A stretch of DNA of 64,000 bases from Oscillospiraceae bacterium (GCA_017938625.1 JAGBBD010000029.1:70-64069); one strand, 5' to 3'. Positions 45,772-53,430 are shown, counted from the first letter of the stretch. Numbers and translations: made by a program. Notes: generated by a model from the letters alone, not told the origin.

Positions 45772-47018
45772 GCGCACATTTCCTCCTCAATGACGGCACC
45801 GTGCCGCCGGTATATCCAGCCGCACCCTGTTCGTGAGGCCTTCATCGTACACGGGAACGGCAGACGCCGTCCCGCCAGCTCCGCCGCGAACATCTGCGTA
45901 AACCGCTCGTCCAGCGCCCGGAGCGTGTCGTAGCTGTTGCACCGCTTCGCGTGTGCCCGCCACGACTGGTAGGATTGAAATACATCCTCCGGGTCCAGCC
46001 GCCCCTCGTCCATCCAGCGACGAAAAATATCCATCTTCCGCCGCATAGACCGGATGCTTTTCCGGGACAGCTTCATCACGACCTTGCCGTTCTCCATCAG
46101 CCGCACCCGCATTTTCAGGAAGGTAAAGCTGTGGTGGCGAAACGGTGTGATGATGTTTTTCTTGTCGCTCATGGCGATGCCCAGCTCCTTCGCCAGCCGG
46201 TACAGGTTCCGCCGGATGTCCTCAAGCTCCTCTAAAGAATTGCTGATAACGTATCCGTCGTCCATGTACCGCCCGTATCCATGGATGCCTCTGACATCCT
46301 TCACGTAGTGGTCGATGGGGCTTGCATAGTCCAAAGCGATGATCTGCGACACTTCACTGCCCAGGCCCACGCCTCGGGCCACGTCCTTGTCGGCTGTTTT
46401 CATTCTCCGAAAATCGTCTACAAAGTCGCAAAGCAGGTTATACAGCCGGTCATCCACGATCTTCTCCCGTGCCCGCCGCTTGATCTCGTCATGTGGCAGG
46501 CTGCCAAAATAGCCCTTGAAGTCGAATTGATAGATGCCGCCCTCGGTGCCGTACTTCCGGTAGTGGTCCCGCAGGTGCTTCCGCAGACGCCCCAGCATAA
46601 AGTCCATGCCCTTGTCTTTCAGGCTCGCCGCGTTGTCATAGATGAAGCTCCGGGAATACACGCCGGTCAGCAGATTGGCACACAAGCATTTCTGTATCGC
46701 CCGCTCCTGGATGGGCAGCGCGTCGATATTCCGCAGTTTCCCGTGCTCCACTGTGGAAAAGCTGTGAAATCCGTGGAATACTCGCGTCCCGTTATACAGG
46801 CTGTCGTAGGTTCGTTGGGTCTCGCCCAACAGGTTCGTCTCAAAATTGATCGTCGAGGTTTTCCATCTCGCACCGTTGCAGCAGGCCTTACCCGCCGCGC
46901 ACAGGTTCTTGAAAGACATGACCTCCTCGAAGCGCGCGCCACCGGCTTCCCGCGCCTTCTGCAATCTGCGCGCCTTCCGCCGTTGGTATCTGGCTTCGTG
47001 CCTTTCCTGGCTATTCAA
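45768..47018 (-). CDS. DGR-type reverse transcriptase
   Basis: Catalytic YMDD (GRYMDDGYV), the LGSEVSQ motif that fits the DGR-specific [ILV]GxxxSQ signature, and a position next to the TR. The TTG start at 47018 is 8 nt after GGAGG. An alternative ATG lies at 46919. Confidence 0.92.
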   Translation of the reverse strand: MNSQERHEARYQRRKARRLQKAREAGGARFEEVMSFKNLCAAGKACCNGARWKTSTINFETNLLGETQRTYDSLYNGTRVFHGFHSFSTVEHGKLRNIDALPIQERAIQKCLCANLLTGVYSRSFIYDNAASLKDKGMDFMLGRLRKHLRDHYRKYGTEGGIYQFDFKGYFGSLPHDEIKRRAREKIVDDRLYNLLCDFVDDFRRMKTADKDVARGVGLGSEVSQIIALDYASPIDHYVKDVRGIHGYGRYMDDGYVISNSLEELEDIRRNLYRLAKELGIAMSDKKNIITPFRHHSFTFLKMRVRLMENGKVVMKLSRKSIRSMRRKMDIFRRWMDEGRLDPEDVFQSYQSWRAHAKRCNSYDTLRALDERFTQMFAAELAGRRLPFPCTMKASRTGCGWIYRRHGAVIEEEMCA

Positions 47019-47328
47019 TCATGGTGCCTCCAATGCAGTATCCCACCCGTACAGCGTTCGGCCCGACAGGTGGTTTGCGGGCTGCATAAGTTCCCGCACC
47101 TGATCTGTCTGCCGCAACGGTTTTCTGATAGCTGCATAACGGCTGCTCATGTAACTGGGGCACTCCCGTCAAAATCCCCAGCCATGCAAGAAGCGTCCGG
47201 GCTTCCGTATCGGGTGGCTATTTTAGGAATGAAGCCCGCATACACGGGCCAGTCTCCAAGGGTCAAGTTCTCCTTTAAGGGGTGGGGCGCGGCTTCACAT
47301 TTCGTTACTTGTCTGGCCCCAGTGTGTT

Positions 47329-47456
47329 CTTAAATCCCGGCGCGAAGCCATTCGAATTGTAGGCGTTGTTGTTGTTCGCACTGCCGTCCGTGTTCACATT
47401 GCAGAAGTTGTTCGTGTTGGTCGCATTCACGGAGCGGAGCCACCAGTTGCAGGCGT
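47329..47456 (-). repeat. DGR template repeat (TR), non-coding
   Basis: 128 nt align without gaps to 48120..48247 (offset 791). It is adenine-rich on the sense strand, with runs of AAC, and starts 27 nt after the avd stop. Confidence 0.92.
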
Positions 47457-47482
47457 GGCCGTCAGAACTTGCCCTAATGAAA

Positions 47483-47950
47483 TTACTGTGTTTTGCCCTG
47501 CCGGGCCTTCTGGTATCCCGCCCAGCGGCGCTTGTCGCTGTCCAGGATGCCCCGCAGGCGGGACAGGGCCGTATTTGCCAGCGTCGTCCAGGTCTGGAAC
47601 GTCCGCTCATACTCCTCCTTGTTCTTGAAGAAGTTGTTTCCGTCGTCCACCAGCTCATAGCAAAAGGTGATCTCACCCAGTAGCGCGTCCGCGTTGGCCG
47701 CCGCGATCATCAGATATCGGCGGCGCAGATCGTACTCCTGCGCGCTCATGTCCTTGTGTACGTAGATGCCGTTCCCTTTGAGCGAGTTTGTGTAGATTTC
47801 ACCCGCCATTTCCAGCAGCTTGTTCGTCGTCACATAACGGTAGCTCGCCGGGAACTTTCGCACGATACGCACCGTGGCCTTCCGCAGCTCCCGCGCATCC
47901 GCCACAAACTGCGCTACGGCGTCCTTCCTGCGGGATTTATATACTGCCAT
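47483..47950 (-). CDS. avd: Accessory variability determinant (Avd-like four-helix-bundle protein, 155 aa)
   Basis: Helical basic protein with KFPASYRY...LEMAGEIYTNSLKGN, which resembles the four-helix-bundle/Avd family. It occupies the canonical position between the VR and TR. Confidence 0.8.
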   Translation of the reverse strand: MAVYKSRRKDAVAQFVADARELRKATVRIVRKFPASYRYVTTNKLLEMAGEIYTNSLKGNGIYVHKDMSAQEYDLRRRYLMIAAANADALLGEITFCYELVDDGNNFFKNKEEYERTFQTWTTLANTALSRLRGILDSDKRRWAGYQKARQGKTQ

Positions 47951-48062
47951 GTTGGTTTCTCCCTTCTGTCATGCAGCCCGTCGCCCGGACGGGGCCACAA
48001 AAGCGGTCCCGCCCGGGGTGGTGCTGGTTGCTGTTTTGATACCTGGTTGCAGGCGTTTCGCC

Positions 48063-48082
48063 GCAGGGACTTGCGTCCCCGC
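48063..48082 (-). other. GC-rich hairpin just downstream of the VR (candidate DGR target-recognition hairpin/cruciform)
   Basis: The sense strand reads GCGGGGAC-GCAA-GTCCCTGC, an 8-bp stem (one G-T wobble) with a GNRA-type tetraloop. It lies 28 nt after the target stop codon. Confidence 0.6.
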
Positions 48083-48110
48083 AGCTTCACTTACGATGCC
48101 GGATTTAAGA

Positions 48111-49943
48111 TTAGGCCACCTTAAAGCCCGGCGCGAAGCCAGCCGAATGGTAGGCGCTGCGGTAGCTCGCACCGCCGTCCGTGCTCACACGGCAGAAGTA
48201 GTCCGTGCCGGTCGCACGCACGGAGCGGAGCCACCAGTAGCAGGCGGTCGTAGTCGCGTTGTGCTTATACTTGACCTTGCTGTTACCGTTCTTGTAGTAA
48301 TCATACTGCTTCTGGTAATTCTGCTCGGCACTGTTGGCGTAGCTTCTGGTGCCCTGTACCTCGAACTCGGACAGCAGCCAAATCTTGTCGGATGTGGTGG
48401 TCACGTAGCTGGCGGTGTTGGAGCCGCCGCCGGTGTTGTCGCTGTACTTGGTGCAGGCCGCGATCACGTTCTGCCATGCGGTAGGCATAGCAGCCAGGAA
48501 GGCGGGGCAGATGGTCTTGCGCATATAGCTGCCGTTCCAGCCGCCGGAGTTGCTGTTGCTGGTGTTCATACGGAAGCCTGCGGAGCTGCCAGTGTTGCCG
48601 TAGTTGCCGTCCACGAAAGCGATGTCCACGCCCGCGCTGGTCTTGCCGAACTGGAAGTGGATGCTGTTGCCGCCCTCCACGCTGCTGTTGTGGTTAAAGC
48701 CCAGGATGAAGGCGTAGTAGGTGCCGCTCAAAGACAGCGCGCCCACGGTGCCGGACAGGGCAATTCCCATCTTGTCGCCCACAGACCAGTAGTTTGCCGC
48801 CTGGCCGGACTGTGCTGCCGCCTGAATGGTGGCAGGAGTGTTGTCCGCAAGGGACGAGCTGGGCACGCTGACACTGACAGCGATGGTCTTGTTTGCGGGC
48901 GCGGTGTGGTTGGTGCCAGCCGCCACCTTCACGGTGATGGTGGCGTCACCGGCGGCCAGGCCAGTGATGACCACGTTGTTGCCGCTCACTTCCGCCTTTG
49001 CCACACTGGTGTTGCTGGACGTTGCGCTGATCGCGCCGTCGCCCGCGCGGGTTACCGCCACGGTCTCCGACAGAGTGGAGATGTCCAGGCTCACACTGGT
49101 CTTGCCCAGGGTCAGACTACCGGCGGCCTTGCCGATGGACCAGCTCACAGTCTTGGCCGTGGTGGTGCCGTCGTTCCACTGATAGTTCGCCTTGGGGGTA
49201 AAGGTGGCGTTGTAGCTACCGGCATTGGTGCCGGAGGTAGTTCCGCCGATGGTCAGCTTATTGCTGTCATAGTTGCTCCACTGGGGAGACTGGGCGCTGC
49301 CGGAATAGGTCAGGCTCCCGCTCTGCGCAGGGGTAGCCAGACTGGCCTTGCCGATGGTCCAGGTCACGCTCTTGGCCGTGGTGGTGCCGTCGGCCCACTC
49401 ATAGCCACTCTTGGGTGTGAAGGTGGCGGTATAGCTACCGGCATTGGTGCCGGAGGTAGTTCCGCCGATGGTCAGTCGCTCCTCGTCATAGCCGTTCCAC
49501 TGGGGAGACTGGGCGCTGCCCGTGTACGTCAGGCTCCCGCTCTGCGTGGGCACACTGTTGATGACGCTGTTGATCTTGGTAATGGCGTCCAAAGCGTCGT
49601 TGGCCGCCTGCTGGGCGTTCTGTGCTGCCGTGGCCGCGTCCTCCGCTGCCTGCTTGGCGGCGGCTGCGTTTTCCTCTGCGGCAGTGGCCGCGTCGGTGGC
49701 AGTCTTAACAGAGCCTTCCAGGCTGTTCGCCTTTTCCAGGGCCTCGTTGGCCTTGCCGTTGGCGTCGCCTGCGGTGCTCTCGGCATCAGCGGCCTTCTGC
49801 ATCGCTGCGTTTGCCGTGTTGCCTGCGCTGTTTGCAGCGTTCAGAGCGGCGTCCGCCTGCTCTTTGGCCTGCTGCGCCACCTGTCTTGCGATGGTAGCGT
49901 CTACCCCAGCAGCGCCAGGGGTATTAACTTGTCCTAAAGCCAT
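48111..49943 (-). CDS. DGR target: tail-fibre/receptor-binding-like protein with a C-terminal variable C-type-lectin-like domain (610 aa)
   Basis: Ala/Gln-rich coiled-coil N-terminus, two 73-aa tandem repeats, an Ig-like (Big_2-like) segment, and a C-terminal domain ending in YWWLRS...FAPGFKVA that contains the VR. Confidence 0.85.
   Translation of the reverse strand: MALGQVNTPGAAGVDATIARQVAQQAKEQADAALNAANSAGNTANAAMQKAADAESTAGDANGKANEALEKANSLEGSVKTATDAATAAEENAAAAKQAAEDAATAAQNAQQAANDALDAITKINSVINSVPTQSGSLTYTGSAQSPQWNGYDEERLTIGGTTSGTNAGSYTATFTPKSGYEWADGTTTAKSVTWTIGKASLATPAQSGSLTYSGSAQSPQWSNYDSNKLTIGGTTSGTNAGSYNATFTPKANYQWNDGTTTAKTVSWSIGKAAGSLTLGKTSVSLDISTLSETVAVTRAGDGAISATSSNTSVAKAEVSGNNVVITGLAAGDATITVKVAAGTNHTAPANKTIAVSVSVPSSSLADNTPATIQAAAQSGQAANYWSVGDKMGIALSGTVGALSLSGTYYAFILGFNHNSSVEGGNSIHFQFGKTSAGVDIAFVDGNYGNTGSSAGFRMNTSNSNSGGWNGSYMRKTICPAFLAAMPTAWQNVIAACTKYSDNTGGGSNTASYVTTTSDKIWLLSEFEVQGTRSYANSAEQNYQKQYDYYKNGNSKVKYKHNATTTACYWWLRSVRATGTDYFCRVSTDGGASYRSAYHSAGFAPGFKVA
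48120..48247 (-). repeat. DGR variable repeat (VR) at the 3' end of the target gene
   Basis: Differs from the TR at 21 of 128 positions, every one an A in the sense-strand TR. The invariant GC-rich 3' segment GGCTTCGCGCCGGG is shared (IMH-like). Confidence 0.92.
49113..49550 (-). repeat. In-frame 219-bp tandem duplication inside the DGR target gene
   Basis: P(T/A)QSGSLTY(T/S)GSAQSPQW...TIGGTTSGTNAGSY.ATFTPK...DGTTTAK.V.W.IGKA occurs twice (aa 132-204 and 205-277). Confidence 0.85.
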
Positions 49944-49946
49944 GTG

Positions 49947-50342
49947 TTACTCCTTCCCGCTGTGCAGCCAGTATTCCGCCGGGATAGCCTCGTCGGGAGC
50001 GCTGACTGCCCTCAGTCTGATTTTCCCCTCCAACGTCTCGCTGGTCGGGCACAGTCCGCAGGACGTGGCAGTACCCATGCCGTCCACGCTGATCGTGACG
50101 TCGGCCCGGTCCTTGGCGGTCACGCCCGTCACAGCGATGTCGATGTAATAGGGATAGGATGCTCCGGTTTCTTCCTCGCCGGTCTCGTCGATCTCCTCGG
50201 AGGCCCACCCCTCCGCCGGGATAATAAAACTGACGGGCGAAACCTTGTCTGCCTTGCCGGTTTCCAGATCGTCCAGCCGTTCGTCGGCCTTGCGCATCTG
50301 TTCTTTGAACTGCGCTAACGTGATATTCTTGTCGTCAGCCAA
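49947..50342 (-). CDS. Hypothetical phage protein upstream of the DGR target (131 aa)
   Basis: The TTG at 50342 is 10 nt after AGGAGG. The track start at 50372 lies inside the preceding terminator T-run. No family recognised. Confidence 0.55.
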   Translation of the reverse strand: MADDKNITLAQFKEQMRKADERLDDLETGKADKVSPVSFIIPAEGWASEEIDETGEEETGASYPYYIDIAVTGVTAKDRADVTISVDGMGTATSCGLCPTSETLEGKIRLRAVSAPDEAIPAEYWLHSGKE

Positions 50343-50368
50343 CTGGGTTTCACCTCCTAATGAAACGA

Positions 50369-50400
50369 ACAAAAGGGGGCGGGGTGGTGGCCCCGCCCCC
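50369..50400 (-). terminator. Strong intrinsic terminator inside the tail-fibre region
   Basis: The minus strand reads GGGGGCGGGG-CCACCA-CCCCGCCCCC followed by TTTT. Confidence 0.8.
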
Positions 50401-50436
50401 TCTGTTACTGCTTAATCGCTGATGTGTGGGAGGAAA

Positions 50437-51459
50437 TTAGCCCTCGGTGGGGGTCCAGACCTCATTCATGGCACCCTGGAACTCCTCGTCGGAAGCCTGG
50501 GCTTCGGTCACAGCGGCGGAAGCGGCCTGGGCAGCCTCCTCGTCAGTGGCGTAGCCATCCATACCCTCCTCCAGGGCAGTCACGCGGTTGCCCAGAGCGG
50601 TGATGCTGGCAGTGATGGGGTCGATGACGGAGGTCTGGAAGGCCTCGAACTGGCCGCCGACATACTCCTCGGTCTCGGTCTTGGTGTAGTAGTTACCCAG
50701 AGCGGTTTCCAGAGCACCGATGCGCTCAACGGCAGCGGCCATCTCGGTATCGGTGGCGTACTGGTCAACGTTCAGCTTGGTGATCTCACCGGCGACGTAG
50801 GCCTTCATGGCATCCTCGGTGGTGTAGCCGGTCAGGTCGATGGTGGTATCGTCGATGATACGGACCTCGCCCTCGATCAGGCCGTAGATGTCATAGTGGC
50901 CGGTCTCGTCGTTCTTCACCAGATACCAGGTGTTGGCATCGGCATCCTCGGCAGAAGGAGCGGCGTCAACGACGGAATACTTGAGGTGGGCAGCAGCGGC
51001 GATAGCAGCCTGGACCTGCTCGGCGTTCTGGAAGCCAGCGTTTTCCAGAACAGAGATGCGGCCCTCGGCGTCCTCAACGCGGACTTCCAGAGCGGACAGG
51101 TCGGCCTCGGTAGCCTTGGCGGCGATAGAAGCCAGCAGAGCCTCGTTCAGGTCCTCCTCGCCGATCTTGGACTTGTAAGCCAGGTCGGCCAGGCCCTTGA
51201 TAGCGACAGCAGCACCGTTGACGGACAGAGTGCCGTTCTCCTCGCCGGTGGCGATCAGGATGTCAACCATCTTGTCGGTGATGGTCAGGGCGGTGCCGTT
51301 GACCTTAACGCCGTTCAGGATGTTGGCCTCGCCGCCGGTAGCGATCAGACCGTCAACGCGAGAAGCGACCTCGCTGATCTGTGCGCCCAGGGCTTCGTCC
51401 TCGATCTTGACTTTGGTGGCCAGCACTTTGATCTGGTCAAGGTTTACAAATTTGGACAT
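50437..51459 (-). CDS. Fibre-like coiled-coil structural protein (340 aa)
   Basis: Ala/Glu-rich heptad-like sequence in the tail-fibre neighbourhood. Strong RBS AGGAGG. Flanked by terminators on both sides. Confidence 0.6.
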   Translation of the reverse strand: MSKFVNLDQIKVLATKVKIEDEALGAQISEVASRVDGLIATGGEANILNGVKVNGTALTITDKMVDILIATGEENGTLSVNGAAVAIKGLADLAYKSKIGEEDLNEALLASIAAKATEADLSALEVRVEDAEGRISVLENAGFQNAEQVQAAIAAAAHLKYSVVDAAPSAEDADANTWYLVKNDETGHYDIYGLIEGEVRIIDDTTIDLTGYTTEDAMKAYVAGEITKLNVDQYATDTEMAAAVERIGALETALGNYYTKTETEEYVGGQFEAFQTSVIDPITASITALGNRVTALEEGMDGYATDEEAAQAASAAVTEAQASDEEFQGAMNEVWTPTEG

Positions 51460-51513
51460 ATTTTCGTCCTCCTATAAAAATATTCATTTTCGGGCAGTGC
51501 CCGGAAATGTCGA

Positions 51514-51542
51514 TAAAAATACCGCCGTGTATGTACGGCGGT
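51514..51542 (-). terminator. Intrinsic terminator after the gpH-like fibre gene
   Basis: The minus strand reads ACCGCCGT-ACATAC-ACGGCGGT followed by ATTTTT. Confidence 0.7.
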
Positions 51543-51559
51543 GCCATGGGGAAAGGAAG

Positions 51560-52516
51560 TTATTCGCCGGGGTTGGCAAACACTTCGTCAAGTGCTTCTG
51601 TGGTCTCCTCGGTGTTGGCTGCATCCACAGACATGACGCCTTCGTCGTCGATGACAAGGCCGTCGCCGACCTTCACGCCGCCCAGGCGATAGGGTGTTGC
51701 GGTGGGCAGCACGTAGTTTCCGTCGCCGCCCGCGCTTCCGCCGCCCTTACCGATCAGCAAGACCTCGCCGGTCAGATCGCCGTCGGGCACGGACATCGCC
51801 CAAAACCGCAGCGCGCCCGTCATGGTCTCTACGGTGGGGCAAAGCTCACAGGCCTTGGCAAGCGCCAGACTGTTCAGGTCCAGCGTCGCATTGGGCGTGT
51901 GCATGGTCGTGACGCCATCGAGTGCAACATCCGCATAATACGGATACTGCGAGCCTCCGCCGCTGATCTCGGCCTCGCCGTCCTCCTCGTCGGTGACAGG
52001 CTTCCAGTCGCTCTGCTTAATGGTGAAAACATCGCCAAAGGCCGACGCCGTATCAATGGTCGGGTCCAGCGTGAACTCAAGGGCGTCGCTGTTGGTCATA
52101 ACGATGTGCATGAGAATGGTCAGGGCGGCAGAGATGCCGTCCTCAATGATCGCCTTCTCGGCGTCAGGGATATTGCATACCGCGATCAGGTCACCGGCGT
52201 CGTCCACGATGCCGCACTCTCTCACGGTAAAACCGCCCACCTTGGCGGGGATAACGACCTTTACGTCCAGCATATTGGCCGACTTGCTGTTGATCTCTTT
52301 GCTGGCGATAGGGCCGCGCCACACCTCGTTTACAAGGGTGGTCTGGTCTGCTGTGGGTACGTAGTAGCTTCCGCCGCCGTCACCCACCACCGCAGCGACA
52401 ACATTGACCTTTACGCCGTTCAGAGTGGCGTTCATCATCTTTTCGTTGCCGATGTCGGTCACAAGGGTCTTGTACTTTCGGTCCTGTTTGGTGACAACTA
52501 CGTTTTCAGTGTCCAT
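51560..52516 (-). CDS. Tail fibre protein, P2 gpH-like N-terminal (tail-collar) domain (318 aa)
   Basis: TD.G..........G....V....VGDGGG....P....T.L.NEVWR pattern of the phage tail-collar fibre N-terminus. The ATG at 52516 is 6 nt after GGGGGAGG. Confidence 0.7.
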   Translation of the reverse strand: MDTENVVVTKQDRKYKTLVTDIGNEKMMNATLNGVKVNVVAAVVGDGGGSYYVPTADQTTLVNEVWRGPIASKEINSKSANMLDVKVVIPAKVGGFTVRECGIVDDAGDLIAVCNIPDAEKAIIEDGISAALTILMHIVMTNSDALEFTLDPTIDTASAFGDVFTIKQSDWKPVTDEEDGEAEISGGGSQYPYYADVALDGVTTMHTPNATLDLNSLALAKACELCPTVETMTGALRFWAMSVPDGDLTGEVLLIGKGGGSAGGDGNYVLPTATPYRLGGVKVGDGLVIDDEGVMSVDAANTEETTEALDEVFANPGE

Positions 52517-52518
52517 GT

Positions 52519-53430
52519 TCATCCTCCCCCTTCCGGGTAAATTTCAACGACCTGGTTTGTAGCGGTCACGCCGCTTCCCAGCTCTGCCGTTGCTTCAACC
52601 TGTGCGGCCAGCTCCGGCCAGACCTCAAGGGCCTCGCCCGTGCTTACCGCGCCGCCGTTGTGTCGGGCTGCCGTGATTTCCAGTGTCTCCACCAGTTCCG
52701 GCCAGACCTCCAACATCTGTCCCGCGCTGATCGCGCCGCCGGTGTGTCTCGTCGCTGTGATCTCAAGCGCCGTCACCAGCTCCGGCCACACTTCGGTCGT
52801 CTGTCCAACAGAGACCGCGCCGCCGGTACTGCGCTGCCCGGTAACTTCCAGTGCGGTTATCAGCTCCGGCCAAACCTCGATGATCTGGCTCATGGCGCTG
52901 TATCCGCCCACCACCATGCGCGCCTCGCACTCGTAGCGAATGTCGATCACGTCCAGGTGGCTTCTCTCGTTTTTGGTGGTCAGAATACCGTTCTTGAGCC
53001 TGCGGTATTCTTCACCCGTGATGCCGTTCTCCGGCAAATCCAGCAGCACACGGAAGCATCCGGCGTTGCCGTCGTATTGAAACCATTCCTCCACGGTGGC
53101 CCCGGGGTAGATGGTGTCCACTTGCAGCTTGACCGCCGCAGCCGTGCCCATCAACCGCCGGACCGTCAGCGCCGACTTCACAATGCGGCGCTTCTGTTCC
53201 AGCGTGAAAGAGGTATCGTACCAGTCGATTTTCCAGTTGACGGCCAAAATATCCAGCACCGCCTCCGGTGCTGTGTCCAGCCGTGTGTAGATTTGGCTCT
53301 CGTCGGTGTAGTCTAACGTCCGCCCCAGGACAATGCCCAGGGCCTCGGACAGGGCGATGACCCACTCCTGCCCCGCTACTACCCTCGGAAGGCCGTCCGT
53401 AATCCGGGCTTGACGCAGACTTTTAATCAT
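52519..53430 (-). CDS. Tail protein I (P2 gpI-like) with a repetitive C-terminus
   Basis: N-terminal LP....G.....AL.EA......L......LD.AP...LD.LA..W..DWYD pattern of gpI. Located immediately downstream of the baseplate J gene. Confidence 0.75.
   Translation of the reverse strand: MIKSLRQARITDGLPRVVAGQEWVIALSEALGIVLGRTLDYTDESQIYTRLDTAPEAVLDILAVNWKIDWYDTSFTLEQKRRIVKSALTVRRLMGTAAAVKLQVDTIYPGATVEEWFQYDGNAGCFRVLLDLPENGITGEEYRRLKNGILTTKNERSHLDVIDIRYECEARMVVGGYSAMSQIIEVWPELITALEVTGQRSTGGAVSVGQTTEVWPELVTALEITATRHTGGAISAGQMLEVWPELVETLEITAARHNGGAVSTGEALEVWPELAAQVEATAELGSGVTATNQVVEIYPEGGG
52522..52878 (-). repeat. 84-bp (28-aa) in-frame tandem repeat, ~4.2 copies, at the C-terminus of the gpI-like protein
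   Basis: EVWPEL(I/V).(A/T)LE(V/I)T..R.(T/N)GGA(V/I)S.G... is repeated at aa 185, 213, 241 and 269, with a partial copy at 297. Confidence 0.85.

Noticed and set aside
45768-47018. The reverse transcriptase as a retron, group II intron, Abi or defence-associated RT
   Set aside because: A cognate TR/VR pair with adenine-only mismatches, an Avd-like gene and the [ILV]GxxxSQ motif all point to a DGR. No intron RNA domains, msr/msd-like inverted repeats or effector fusion were seen.
47305-47676. 123-aa minus-strand ORF ending in …NWWLRSVNATNTNNFCNVNTDGSANNNN…
   Set aside because: Its C-terminal part is the DGR template repeat read in the VR frame. Its N-terminal part overlaps the avd gene out of frame. 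It has no RBS. The TR is expected to act as RNA, not as a protein-coding segment.
47874-49937. 687-aa plus-strand ORF, and the similar 958-aa ORF at 55344..58220
   Set aside because: Both lie antisense to prophage structural genes that have strong RBSs and collinear organisation. Their Gly/Ala/Arg-rich composition is typical of GC-rich shadow frames.
52522-52878. Tandem repeats as a possible CRISPR array (also 49113..49550)
   Set aside because: The repeats are contiguous with no unique spacers. They are in frame within well-supported tail genes, have periods of 84 and 219 bp, and no cas genes are nearby.
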